Positions 1 to 8,926 are shown, numbered from the stretch's first letter. The stretch: 64,000 bases of DNA from Methylocystis sp. (GCA_036560425.1 DATBRF010000110.1:10081-74080); one strand, 5' to 3'. The notes: a model not told the origin generated them from the letters alone. Made by a program: numbers and translations.

Positions 1-383
1 GCCACCTTCGCCCAATCCTCGTGGCCGAAATAGGAATGGGCGGAGCCAGTCGCGACGACAAGATAATCATAAGCGATCTCGCCAACCCCGGACTTGACGA
101 CCTTTCGGGCGGTATCGACGCCGACCGCGGCGAGCATCAGGACGGTCACATCCTCGCGGCCGCGCATGACATAGCGGATCGGCCAGGCGACGTCCGGCGC
201 GGCGAGGGCGGCGGTCGCGACCTGATAGAGCAGCGGCTGGAAGCAATGGTGGTTTTCTTTGTCGAGAAGCATGATTCGCGCGCCAGCGCCCCTGAGGGCC
301 TGCGCCGCTGAAATTCCTGCAAAGCCGCCGCCAATGATGATCACCCGCGGGAGCCCATCTTGCTGCGCATCTATCTCAGACAT
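1..383 (-). CDS. ndh: type II NADH dehydrogenase (NDH-2), N-terminal part; gene runs off the window edge
   Basis: Reverse translation from the ATG at 383-381 reads MSEIDAQQDGLPRVIIIGGGFAGISAAQ..NHHCFQPLLYQVATAAL..PIRYV..YDYLVVATGS. It has the GGGFAG Rossmann motif and the FQPLLYQVAT signature typical of NDH-2. It is absent from the ORF track because it is truncated. Confidence 0.8.
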   Translation of the reverse strand, partial: MSEIDAQQDGLPRVIIIGGGFAGISAAQALRGAGARIMLLDKENHHCFQPLLYQVATAALAAPDVAWPIRYVMRGREDVTVLMLAAVGVDTARKVVKSGVGEIAYDYLVVATGSAHSYFGHEDWAKV

Positions 384-838
384 CGGCGGCTCCCGTGAGT
401 TGCAACCCCGGATCAGCTAGCCCGATGAAAGCGATTGAAAAGAGCGGATGGGATCGGCAACAGCGCGCGCTGCAGAAACCGGAAAACGCCATATTGAAGC
501 CACAGCGCGCCTGGATCGCCGAAGCGCCGCGTGCTGGAGCTGCACACAATAGCTAAAGCTTCGTAGCTGAGTGTCCCGGCGCCGCTTACGCCTGCGCGAT
601 TTCTCTTCCTTTCGAGCAAAACGCACCCGCATCAAAAAATAACAAATTTCGCTCGTAGACAAGCCTGATGCCAGACATGTCGAGTAAGAAGATACCGCTG
701 ATTGCGCGAAGTGCGTCGCCAACTGAAACCGGGTCGTCTCGGCGAGGCAGGTGATTAGCGGCTTGGTAAAGAACTTAACAATGGATTTGGATGTGAGTAA
801 CGCACGTTTAAGTTAGTTTTCATAAAAAGGCGGCAATT

Positions 839-1228
839 ATGCAGACATCTTCGTATCACGAGGCCAGTCAAAAAATGGGTAGAGCAAGTCAGGTCGGCGC
901 AATGTCAAACACTCCATCTATGCCGACGATAGAAGAGTGCCAGCAGCTGCGCGATCCGCTTCGTGGCCAGCTCGAATTGCTCGACTATGACGTTCGAAAC
1001 GCGATAGCGCGCGGATTGAGCGACATAGAGGCCAATGGCAAGGATGACGTTCTGTTCATGAATGCTTCGGTTACGGTTCTACTTTCTATCGCGGCGCGCA
1101 TTTTTCATAAGGCTACGGAACCAGAAGACGCCCAGGCTTCCGTGCAGTCTTTCGTTCACGGAGCGCAAGACGCGATCGATTGGGCGAAGACCCGGCGCTT
1201 GCGCTACAATGTCGCCGGAGAGGGCTGA
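839..1228 (+). CDS. hypothetical protein, paralog family A copy 1
   Basis: 129-aa ORF behind an AT-rich upstream island. It shares a PT(I/L)xEC(Q/K)QL..QLE..AS(V/A)TV(L/F)LSIAA core with ORF 6067-6480. No family recognised. Confidence 0.5.
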   Translation: MQTSSYHEASQKMGRASQVGAMSNTPSMPTIEECQQLRDPLRGQLELLDYDVRNAIARGLSDIEANGKDDVLFMNASVTVLLSIAARIFHKATEPEDAQASVQSFVHGAQDAIDWAKTRRLRYNVAGEG

Positions 1229-1360
1229 GACGAAATCGAACGCCGGGCCAATGGCCCGGCCCAGGCGGATGGAACAAGCCAAACAAAAGCAAATAGTCGT
1301 TTTTTGTTCTCCGGAGAGCGCTTCTTTCGCTCCAGCTCTGGCAGATGCGGCGGCCGCCCG

Positions 1361-2443
1361 TTACCCCCTGCGCGCGCTCCCGCCGCCCCGGCTGGATAGG
1401 AAGTGAATCAGCTCGGCGATCGGGCGGAAAAACTCCGGAGGAATCATGCGATCGACTTCGACGAAGTCATACATCGCCCTCACGAGCTCTTTCTTTTCGA
1501 AGACGGGGATCTGATTCTGCTCTGCCACCTCGCGGATTTTCAAGGCGATCAGATCTTTACCCTTCGCCAACACGAGTGGCGCGCCGCCTTCCTCCCTGAT
1601 ATATCTCAAGGCGATCGCATAATGCGTCGGATTGGCGATGACCAGCGTCGCCCGCGGCACCGCCGCCATCATCCTTTGTCTCGCGCGGCTTTGTGCAAGC
1701 GAGCGCATGCGCGCCTTCACCAGCGCGCCGCCTTCCGCCTGCTTGATTTCCTCCTTTAGCTCGTGACGAGTCATTCGCAGGTCTCGACGCCATTTGAAAC
1801 GAGTCCATGCGAAATCGGCGCCGGCGAGCAAGCCGCCGACGATGCAAACGACGCTCGTGAGATGCAGCACGATCTTCAGGATCAGCTCAGGCGTCAGCCT
1901 TGGATCCATGCGCATCGCATTGACGAGCGCTTCTTTGTCCACTGCTAGGGCAAAGCCGAGGCTGCCCGTCAGAATCACTATTTTGAGGCTCGACTTGAGA
2001 AGCTCAATCATTCCGGTCAAGCCAAACAGGCGGCTCCAGCCTTTAATGGGCGAGATACGGCCAATGTCCGGCGTAATTCGATCGAAGACGACGCGCGGAA
2101 AGCCTTGAACGAAGGCGGCCACGATGCCGAAACCCGCGAGAATCCCCAGCAGCGGTTCTAGAAATGAAAGCGCTTCCTTACCAACGAAATCCAGAAATCT
2201 CGCAAGGTCCTCGCCGGTCGCAATTCTGACGGTGCCTGCGTTTTCCAGCAGTAGCGCGAGAGTGCCCGACAGATGCGCCGTGGACGACCGGAGGACGAAG
2301 GCGAGGCAAAGAAACAGGCCGAAGAATCCCGCGAAGGTTGAAACCTCCTTGGAAACGGCCGTCTCGCCCCGCTCGAGGGCGTCGCCTATTTTTTTCTCTG
2401 TCGGCTCTTCTGTTTTGGAATCGGCGTCTTCGCTATCCGACAT
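1361..2443 (-). CDS. flhB: flagellar type III export protein FlhB
   Basis: 360 aa with an N-terminal 4-TM region and the NPTHYAIALRY autocleavage motif. Lies in an operon with fliG/fliN/fliM/motA. Confidence 0.95.
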   Translation of the reverse strand: MSDSEDADSKTEEPTEKKIGDALERGETAVSKEVSTFAGFFGLFLCLAFVLRSSTAHLSGTLALLLENAGTVRIATGEDLARFLDFVGKEALSFLEPLLGILAGFGIVAAFVQGFPRVVFDRITPDIGRISPIKGWSRLFGLTGMIELLKSSLKIVILTGSLGFALAVDKEALVNAMRMDPRLTPELILKIVLHLTSVVCIVGGLLAGADFAWTRFKWRRDLRMTRHELKEEIKQAEGGALVKARMRSLAQSRARQRMMAAVPRATLVIANPTHYAIALRYIREEGGAPLVLAKGKDLIALKIREVAEQNQIPVFEKKELVRAMYDFVEVDRMIPPEFFRPIAELIHFLSSRGGGSARRG

Positions 2444-2454
2444 CGTGACTCGCC

Positions 2455-3474
2455 TTACGCGCCGTCTTGGGCGGCTTCACGCAAATCGATGGCCCCTGTC
2501 TCCGACAGTCTCAGCACCATCTCCGCAATGGCGCGCTGCGCCCTGAGGATCTCGCGCCGCGGCGGCATAGCGCCCGCCGTCAGCTCCGCCTCGACCATGC
2601 GCCGCATACGCGCCGACAGGGACGGCAGAATGGCGCTGCGTATGTTCTCGTCGGCGCCGCGCAGCGCCATGATGAGGCGGTCGGTCGGCACCTGATCCAT
2701 GAGGATCGCGCGGGCGCGCGCGCTCAGGGACGGAATATCCTCGAAGGTGAACAGCATTCCCTTCAGATCTTCGGCGATGGCCGGCTCGCTTTCCGAGACA
2801 GCCTGCAGAATCTCGTCGATCTGGCTGCTGTCCATCTGGTTGACGATCGCGGCGACCTTTCTGCTCGCGCCCGCAGAGGAGCTCGATGCGCCCGCACCCA
2901 TGAGATCGTCTTGTAACGCGGCCTCCAGCAAGCGCAGGGCCGAATCGGAGATTGGCCCAGAGGTGAGCATTCGGCGCATCACTTCATTGCGCACTGAGCT
3001 GGGCAAAAGCGCCAGAAATCTCGCGGCGACAGCCGAATCGACCTTCGAGGCGACTGCTGCGACAGTCTGGGGATGTTCCTTGGAAAGATATTCGGCCAGG
3101 GTCGTTTCGGGGATGGAGGAGAGTCTGCGCCAAAAGTGCTCGTTGGATTTGCCGAGCACCTCGGACATGATCTCGGCGACCTGCTCCTCTGGAACGACTC
3201 CCGTCAGCAAGCTTTCCGCTTGCCCGAGCGTGCCCATCAGATCCACCCCGTCGACTGACAGCTGGCCGATCATATCCTCGATAAGCTGCTCCATGACGGA
3301 GGCCGGCACTGTCCCGAGGCTCGCCGCGACTTTCGCGATGCGCCGCAGTTCGACCTGATCGAAGTGTTTGAGCAAGCGCTGCGCGACGTCGCGATCGAGC
3401 GCGAGCAAGATTGCAGCGACTTTCTCCGCGCCCGCCAGCTGTCTCGAAGGGAGGCTCGCGAGTGAGCTGTCCAT
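2455..3474 (-). CDS. fliG: flagellar motor switch protein FliG
   Basis: 339 aa with the LSKEHPQTVAAV (EHPQ) motif, a C-terminal MLFTFEDI region and FliG-typical length. Confidence 0.95.
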   Translation of the reverse strand: MDSSLASLPSRQLAGAEKVAAILLALDRDVAQRLLKHFDQVELRRIAKVAASLGTVPASVMEQLIEDMIGQLSVDGVDLMGTLGQAESLLTGVVPEEQVAEIMSEVLGKSNEHFWRRLSSIPETTLAEYLSKEHPQTVAAVASKVDSAVAARFLALLPSSVRNEVMRRMLTSGPISDSALRLLEAALQDDLMGAGASSSSAGASRKVAAIVNQMDSSQIDEILQAVSESEPAIAEDLKGMLFTFEDIPSLSARARAILMDQVPTDRLIMALRGADENIRSAILPSLSARMRRMVEAELTAGAMPPRREILRAQRAIAEMVLRLSETGAIDLREAAQDGA

Positions 3475-3491
3475 AGAATCGTTTCGCTGTT

Positions 3492-3863
3492 CTATTGTTG
3501 CAGAGCGGTCAGACTATCGCGAATTTCGGTTAAGGACACACCGAATCTCGTGTTGTTGTCATCCTCGATGACGACAACTTCCCCTCGGGCGATTTCGCGC
3601 CCGTTGATCAAGACTTCCACCGGGTCTCCAACATGGCTGTCGAGCGGTATCACGGCCCCGCGCCCGAGATTGAGCAGCTCGGCCACGGGAAGCGTCGTCG
3701 ATCCGACCACCACTTGCAGCACGACCGGAATTTGCAAGATGGTGTCCATCCTCGGACCGCCATGGCGCGGATCTGCGTCGCGGGCTTTTGCTGGCGCGGA
3801 GGTCTGCTCGGGGAAATCCTCCATCCCCAACTGATCCAATTCTTCCATGCTCTGCGCGCTCAT
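3492..3863 (-). CDS. fliN: flagellar motor switch protein FliN
   Basis: 123 aa with a C-terminal SpoA-type segment LNLGRGAVIPLDSHVGDPVEVLINGREIARGEVVVIEDD. Confidence 0.9.
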   Translation of the reverse strand: MSAQSMEELDQLGMEDFPEQTSAPAKARDADPRHGGPRMDTILQIPVVLQVVVGSTTLPVAELLNLGRGAVIPLDSHVGDPVEVLINGREIARGEVVVIEDDNNTRFGVSLTEIRDSLTALQQ

Positions 3864-3918
3864 TATCGGATTCTCACTTGCGCTTTGGATTTCACCAGGA
3901 TGGACGTCCCGACGTCAT

Positions 3919-4851
3919 TCATTGTTCGCCCATTATTCTCTCGAGGAGCTCTTGTTCTCCATCGATTTTTTCCTCGATGCGAACCGTGTAGAAACCGTCC
4001 TTTTGGCCCAGCTCGCAGTTGAAGAGGGGGCGAGAGCCGTTTTTCAAGGGGATCAAACTCGTTGGCGAAAACGGAAGAGGGATCACTTGTCCGACATGGA
4101 ATTGCGCGACGTCTCCCAAGGTCAGACCGCGCTTCTCCATTGTTGAGGAAACTTTCACGGTCGCCTTGACGACCTGGTCTTTGAGCTTCTGAGCCCAGGC
4201 TGCATCCTCCACATTGCCGACGCCATTCGACGCGCGCGACAAGGTCTCATTAAAAGGATCCAGGGCGATTCGCGGGATTGCCAGCACCGCTTCGCCAAGG
4301 CGCCCCTGGCTTTGCAATGCGAATCGGCAGACGAGAATCGCGGCGCCTTTTGGTCCCAGCGCGGGCCAATCGAGTGTCTGCTCGGTCGATTCCAGTCGAT
4401 ACGAAATGCCCAGAATCTTCGAGAAAGAGAGTCGGAACGCCTCGATGAGGGAGTTTATCGCGAATTCCACCGCCCGCGACTCGACCTTTGTCAGCCCGCG
4501 ATCCTGCCGCGTGAAAGGGATCGAAACGTTGGAGCCGAACAGCAGGTCGACCAGAGTCAAGGCAAGCTCGGCGTTGGCGCCGATGGCCACCTTGCACCGA
4601 AGCTCAGGCGCCTGAAACACGCTTGCGAGCGAACATTCGACGCCCTTCGCGTCGCCAACGCGAACGATCAACATATCCTTGGCCTGGAAGTCGATATCGA
4701 CGCCCGTCGTTTCGTATAGCGTTTTGGAAAAGCGCGTCGCCGCTTCGTCGAGAATGGCGCGAAGGGTCGGAAGACGGCCGACCGTTCCGGCGCCGTTCGC
4801 CACCAGCGGCGCACGAGCGGCAGACGGCCTCGATTGATCGGAAAGCATCAA
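3919..4851 (-). CDS. fliM: flagellar motor switch protein FliM
   Basis: 310 aa with a C-terminal SpoA-like region (LTLGDVAQFHVGQVIPL). Positioned between motA and fliN, and overlaps the motA stop by 4 nt. Confidence 0.9.
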   Translation of the reverse strand: MMLSDQSRPSAARAPLVANGAGTVGRLPTLRAILDEAATRFSKTLYETTGVDIDFQAKDMLIVRVGDAKGVECSLASVFQAPELRCKVAIGANAELALTLVDLLFGSNVSIPFTRQDRGLTKVESRAVEFAINSLIEAFRLSFSKILGISYRLESTEQTLDWPALGPKGAAILVCRFALQSQGRLGEAVLAIPRIALDPFNETLSRASNGVGNVEDAAWAQKLKDQVVKATVKVSSTMEKRGLTLGDVAQFHVGQVIPLPFSPTSLIPLKNGSRPLFNCELGQKDGFYTVRIEEKIDGEQELLERIMGEQ

Positions 4852-5717
4852 GCGGCCTCCCTGGCGCCGCCATTGAGCGCCTCGCTCTCGACTTCGTCGA
4901 TCGACGGGCGATCATGGGAGGGTATTGATTTGCGGCCATGCTCGATCGCGACCTGCGGCAAGGCGCCGTTCATGAACGCAAGCAACGTCTGCTTGATGAT
5001 CAGATAGACATGGCACTCTTTGCTGCGAGCGGCCTTCACCTTGGAAGCGAGCGGCGTTACGATCCCGTAGGAGACGAAGATGCCGGCGAATGTGCCGACC
5101 ATGGCGGCGCCGATCAGGCCGCCAAGCAGCTCGGGTGATTGATCCAGCGCGCCCATCGCTTTGATGACGCCAAGAACGGCGGCGACGATGCCGAGCGCCG
5201 GAAGCCCATCGCCAACCGCGCTGAGCGCGTGATAGGGCTTCAAACGATCATATTTGATCGCGGCGATCTCTTCGTCCATGAGGTTTTCGATTTCGAAGGT
5301 CCGGACATTGCCAATGATGTAAAGACGGCAGTAATCGCAGATGAAGGCCGTCATCTCCTGGTTTTTCAAGACCCCAGGAAACGCATTGAAAATCGCGGAC
5401 TCTGACGGAGAGTCGATATGAAGCTCGACCTCGTTGCGCGCCTTGCTGCGGATTTCGCGCAGCAGCGCATGCAGCAGTCCGAGCACATCGAGATAATCAC
5501 GCCGCTTTGGAACCTTTTCCAGAACGGCCTGAGCGATGGCCTTGCCGGTGTCCAGGATCACCTTGGTCGGATTGGCGACGATGAAGGTTCCAAGCGCGGA
5601 ACCCATGATGATGACGAATTCCCAAGGCTGCCAGAGCACGATCAGGTGTCCGCCGAGCGCTGCAAAGCCGCCGAGCATGCAACCCATCGTCACGACGAGA
5701 CCGAGCAAAAAGCTCAT
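4848..5717 (-). CDS. motA: flagellar stator protein MotA
   Basis: 289 aa with MotA/ExbB-type 4-TM topology and a conserved C-terminal TM pair (LPALGIVAAVLGVIKAM..GAAMVGTFAGIF). Confidence 0.93.
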   Translation of the reverse strand: MSFLLGLVVTMGCMLGGFAALGGHLIVLWQPWEFVIIMGSALGTFIVANPTKVILDTGKAIAQAVLEKVPKRRDYLDVLGLLHALLREIRSKARNEVELHIDSPSESAIFNAFPGVLKNQEMTAFICDYCRLYIIGNVRTFEIENLMDEEIAAIKYDRLKPYHALSAVGDGLPALGIVAAVLGVIKAMGALDQSPELLGGLIGAAMVGTFAGIFVSYGIVTPLASKVKAARSKECHVYLIIKQTLLAFMNGALPQVAIEHGRKSIPSHDRPSIDEVESEALNGGAREAA

Positions 5718-6066
5718 TTTGCAGCGCCCTTTAATGTGTGCTTCCGTCTGCGCACACTAGGGATTTTGGCTTGCCCGGAACTGACAAGGCGCCGTCTGCG
5801 ATTCGCTTCCCTGTCTTCGTCCAAGGCTCTCCGCGCCTCGCTGATCTCGTCGGGGTCCGGGCAGAACGAGGACTATCCCGACGGGATGCCCATCAAGCTG
5901 ACGATCGAAACCCGGACGTCCGGCGTGCGCACCGCGATGGGATTTGGGCTGCTGAGCTGCTTATGCCTGTGCTCGCGCCTCACCGTGCGCGCTGGAGGCC
6001 CCGGCTACGTTCGTAAAGTTGTTAGCTGGGGGCTTCTGCAGGCGGCTGCCTCGACCGGAACGCGGC

Positions 6067-6480
6067 TTATGGACTTTTTTCGCCAACCGCTGAAATATCG
6101 AGGGCCTCCACAAGGCTTGGCGCTGGCGGCCCGCACTTCGCCGGACGCTCCAGAGCAGCATCCGCTGCAATGCGCGCCGCGGCGACAAACGCCGCATCAT
6201 CGAGCGCCTTTCCCACACGAAATGACGCAAATTCCATCATGGAGGCAGCGATCGACAGGAAAACGGTGGCCGAAGCGCCAGACACGAAGCCTTCATCCAG
6301 ACCCGCTTGATTCGCGTCGGCCATAAGCCGGTCATGCGCGACCTGGATTTTCTGTTCGACGGCCTCGAGCTGATTCTTCATTGCTCGATCGAGCTGTTTG
6401 CATTCAGAAAGCGTTGGCAAGCAAAAATCGGATTTCGTTTCAGACCAAAGGCGACTTGTTCGCAATGAGTGTTCTTTCAT
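6067..6480 (-). CDS. hypothetical protein, paralog family A copy 2
   Basis: The ORF extends to 6516, but the ATG at 6480 has GGTGGAG about 10 nt upstream. Related to ORF 839-1228 (PTLSECKQL..QLE..ASATVFLSIAA). Confidence 0.5.
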   Translation of the reverse strand: MKEHSLRTSRLWSETKSDFCLPTLSECKQLDRAMKNQLEAVEQKIQVAHDRLMADANQAGLDEGFVSGASATVFLSIAASMMEFASFRVGKALDDAAFVAAARIAADAALERPAKCGPPAPSLVEALDISAVGEKSP

Positions 6481-6555
6481 TGACGCGTTACTCCACCTGG
6501 CTGGAGAAACTCGCAAATCCGCTTCGGGGAAAAGCTTACACCGATCGATGCACGA

Positions 6556-6903
6556 CTACCTCGAAGCGTCGCAATGCTTCTCCCGAATTTTCTCCTCAAG
6601 TTGAACAAGCTCCCCCTTCAAAAGGCCAAGTTTAACTTCCTTGCTCTCTTCGAACGGGGTGCCGAGAGGAGTGGGTATGCCGAGAGTTCTCGTACGATCG
6701 GCTTGGTAGAGCGTATCCTGATAAAGCGTAGCGAAAACCGCTTTTTCGGTCAAGCTGGCGCGGGCAGCGGCGAGCTCTTCGCAATTGCGGCCGAAGTCCG
6801 GAGGGGGATCCAGAAAAATCGGACCGATTTCAGACACCGGCGGGGCGCAAGACGCTACGCACATCGATGCGAATCCGAGTAGCACACGGGCGAAAAGCCG
6901 CAT
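6556..6903 (-). CDS. putative lipoprotein, unknown function
   Basis: 115 aa with signal peptide and lipobox MRLFARVLLGFASMCVAS|C. A strong GGAGGA RBS sits 5 nt upstream of the ATG. C-terminal heptad-like KLGLLKGELVQLEEKI. Confidence 0.6.
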   Translation of the reverse strand: MRLFARVLLGFASMCVASCAPPVSEIGPIFLDPPPDFGRNCEELAAARASLTEKAVFATLYQDTLYQADRTRTLGIPTPLGTPFEESKEVKLGLLKGELVQLEEKIREKHCDASR

Positions 6904-7100
6904 TTTTCCTCCGTTGATCCACGCACTTTATGCGGGCGCGGCAAGCTCACGCTGGAGACGAGCGCGTGCGCCCAGGGCCCGCGTCCTGCTGCCGCGGAAA
7001 GTGACTTATTTTGCTTGTGCGGGGCTTACACAAAACGATCGCCAACGGAGCCTTCGCCGGGCAAGACAAGAAAGCAAGCAAGCAACGTATATCGCGCGGA

Positions 7101-7529
7101 TCAGTCGCGCTTTCTCGCCCGCTCGATCAGCTCGTCGATGCGCGCGTTGAGCTCCGCCATTGCGCCAGTAGCCTCGACCCTGCCCGCCGCACGGTCCGGG
7201 TGAAGGCGCCAGGCGACCTTTCGCCGCAAAGCGCCGAGCTCTTGCCGGCACAAGCCGCGATCGCTCAGTCGCGCGACCAATTCGCCAATCTCAGCTGCAG
7301 CCTCGCCTTGCGTGATTGTCCGCGCGCTGCGCTGATCCGCTTCCGCCTTGGACAATGTATAAAGGTCGTTGGCGACTCGCGCGCGGGCGCCCGTCAGCTC
7401 GGATGATGCGGCATCTTCAAGCGCAGAAGGATTCGAAATCGAGAGACCGAGAGCGTCGCGCTTTGCGCCCCAGGACAACGCTTCGGAAACGGACTCGACA
7501 TTTCCGAGGACATCCTTGAACTCGACCAT
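7101..7529 (-). CDS. J-domain (HPD motif) protein with an unknown N-terminal region
   Basis: 142 aa. The C-terminal 55 aa ELGALRRKVAWRLHPDRAAGRVEATGAMAELNARIDELIE match J-domain helix II, the HPD loop and helix III. Starts 33 nt downstream of the preceding che-operon gene on the same strand. Confidence 0.6.
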   Translation of the reverse strand: MVEFKDVLGNVESVSEALSWGAKRDALGLSISNPSALEDAASSELTGARARVANDLYTLSKAEADQRSARTITQGEAAAEIGELVARLSDRGLCRQELGALRRKVAWRLHPDRAAGRVEATGAMAELNARIDELIERARKRD

Positions 7530-7562
7530 GAGGAACGCCCGCTCGGCAATGCCTGTGTCTTC

Positions 7563-7973
7563 TCAAAACATCTCCGGCTCGCCGCTCACATGGCGGTGAT
7601 GAACATGCCCTTCGGGCGCCGACAAGCGATGCGCGAGCGCCGATAATTTGAGCTTTTGCGCGGCCGAGCGGCTGAGAATCTCCCATTCGGGCGGAATGAT
7701 CTCGATCAGCTCCACCAAAAAATGCGAGAGGCTCGAAAGCCTTTGTTCGATAAGGTCGATGGACTGCGCCTCTTGCAGCAAGGTCTCTTTATCCCGCTTC
7801 TCGGAGGCCCCGATCTCCTGGACAAGGGGATGCAGCCGGTCGACGGATTGAGCAAGATCCGTCAGCTCGGACGAAACACGCGACAAAATTTCGATGATCG
7901 ACTGCGGCGTTGGGCTCGTCATGATCGTCACTTCCATCTCCCGAATCGCGTATTTCGTGTCGCCGTGAGCCAT
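7563..7973 (-). CDS. hypothetical protein in the position of S. meliloti orf10/CheT
   Basis: The ORF lies directly after cheD. An alternative ATG at 7922 has GGAAG about 9 nt upstream and would give 119 aa. Helical with an acidic core. Assignment is by synteny only. Confidence 0.45.
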   Translation of the reverse strand: MAHGDTKYAIREMEVTIMTSPTPQSIIEILSRVSSELTDLAQSVDRLHPLVQEIGASEKRDKETLLQEAQSIDLIEQRLSSLSHFLVELIEIIPPEWEILSRSAAQKLKLSALAHRLSAPEGHVHHRHVSGEPEMF

Positions 7974-7991
7974 CGCGTTGATGAGCGTCTT

Positions 7992-8540
7992 TCAAAACAG
8001 CTCGACGGAACCAGTTGGCGGCAACCGCCTGACCGACCGCTCGCTTGCGACGCTCGCCGCGTCACCTCCAGAAAGGAAGATCTGCCGAGCCTGCCCCGAA
8101 ATGGGGAAAAATTCGACGCGTCGGCCGCGCGTTCCACCCAGCGCCTCGGCGACCACTCTGATCCCTTCGTTCGTGAGAAATCCCTTCGCAAAGGCGGCGT
8201 TCTTGGCGCCGATATCCGACAGCCCTTCCATCATCCGGGCCCCGCCAAAGAGCTTTCCTTCCAGCCGCTCGCGACGCGCGCCACGCTTGAGAAGCCCGTT
8301 GACGAGCAATTCCATAAGGTGGACGCCCGCTCTCTCCGCGTCCCCATTCCTCAAAGACTCGATATCGCCTGGAAGCAAGAAATGATTCATCCCGCCGACG
8401 CGCGCCTCGGGGTCCCGCAGACAAGCGGCGACGCACGATCCGAGCACGGTCGTCAATACGACATCAGGATCGTCCACGACTTGGTATTCGCCCTGAATGA
8501 CGTGAATCCTTTTCGTCGGACGCGGACTGGCTAGGTGCAT
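7992..8540 (-). CDS. cheD: chemoreceptor glutamine deamidase CheD
   Basis: 182 aa with the [12 protein letters not shown] catalytic-Cys motif and NHFLLPG. Its start overlaps the cheY stop. Confidence 0.9.
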   Translation of the reverse strand: MHLASPRPTKRIHVIQGEYQVVDDPDVVLTTVLGSCVAACLRDPEARVGGMNHFLLPGDIESLRNGDAERAGVHLMELLVNGLLKRGARRERLEGKLFGGARMMEGLSDIGAKNAAFAKGFLTNEGIRVVAEALGGTRGRRVEFFPISGQARQIFLSGGDAASVASERSVRRLPPTGSVELF

Positions 8541-8926
8541 CAGAATTTACCGATTATCGCTTCGAGGGCCTTTTTCAGCGTCGCGACCGTGAAAGGCTTT
8601 GTGAGGTAGTTGTTGACTCCCAGCTTGATCGCGCTTTCCAGCACCGCCCGGTCGGAACGGCCCGTGAGCATGATCACGGGGACTTTTTTCGTCGGCTCAT
8701 ACTCACGAATGGCCTTGAGCAGACCGAGACCGTCCAATTTCGGCATGTTGACGTCCGAGATGACGATATGCGCCGGAGTCGACATCATCATCTGCAACGC
8801 CTGCTCTCCGTCGCGCGCGAGCTGGATATTCCGGATGCCGATTTCCTCGAGCCCGTCCCGAATGAGCATGCGACTCGTATTCGTGTCGTCGACGACGAGC
8901 ACCCTGATTTGCTTGGCTATGGACAT
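8540..8926 (-). CDS. cheY: single-domain response regulator CheY (second copy)
   Basis: 128 aa with a receiver domain: VLVVDD, ISDVNMP phospho-Asp context, MLTG, KPF. Confidence 0.9.
   Translation of the reverse strand: MSIAKQIRVLVVDDTNTSRMLIRDGLEEIGIRNIQLARDGEQALQMMMSTPAHIVISDVNMPKLDGLGLLKAIREYEPTKKVPVIMLTGRSDRAVLESAIKLGVNNYLTKPFTVATLKKALEAIIGKF

Noticed and set aside
1243-1261. Hairpin GCCGGGCC-AAT-GGCCCGGC between convergent ORF 839-1228 and flhB.
   Set aside because: It has an 8-bp GC stem but no convincing U-tract on either strand. It may be a terminator, but support is too weak to list as a feature.
5418-6326. 302-aa plus-strand ORF spanning the motA 5' end and the motA upstream intergenic region.
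   Set aside because: It is antisense to motA for its first 300 nt and has Arg/Pro/Ser-rich composition with no recognisable motif. The 350-nt region 5718-6066 is more plausibly the motA operon promoter and leader.
7040-7080. Short GCAA/CAAG-rich microrepeat (GCAAGACAAGAAAGCAAGCAAGCAACG) after the J-domain gene.
   Set aside because: It is too short and irregular to call a tandem repeat or a regulatory element, and there is no second copy in the window.
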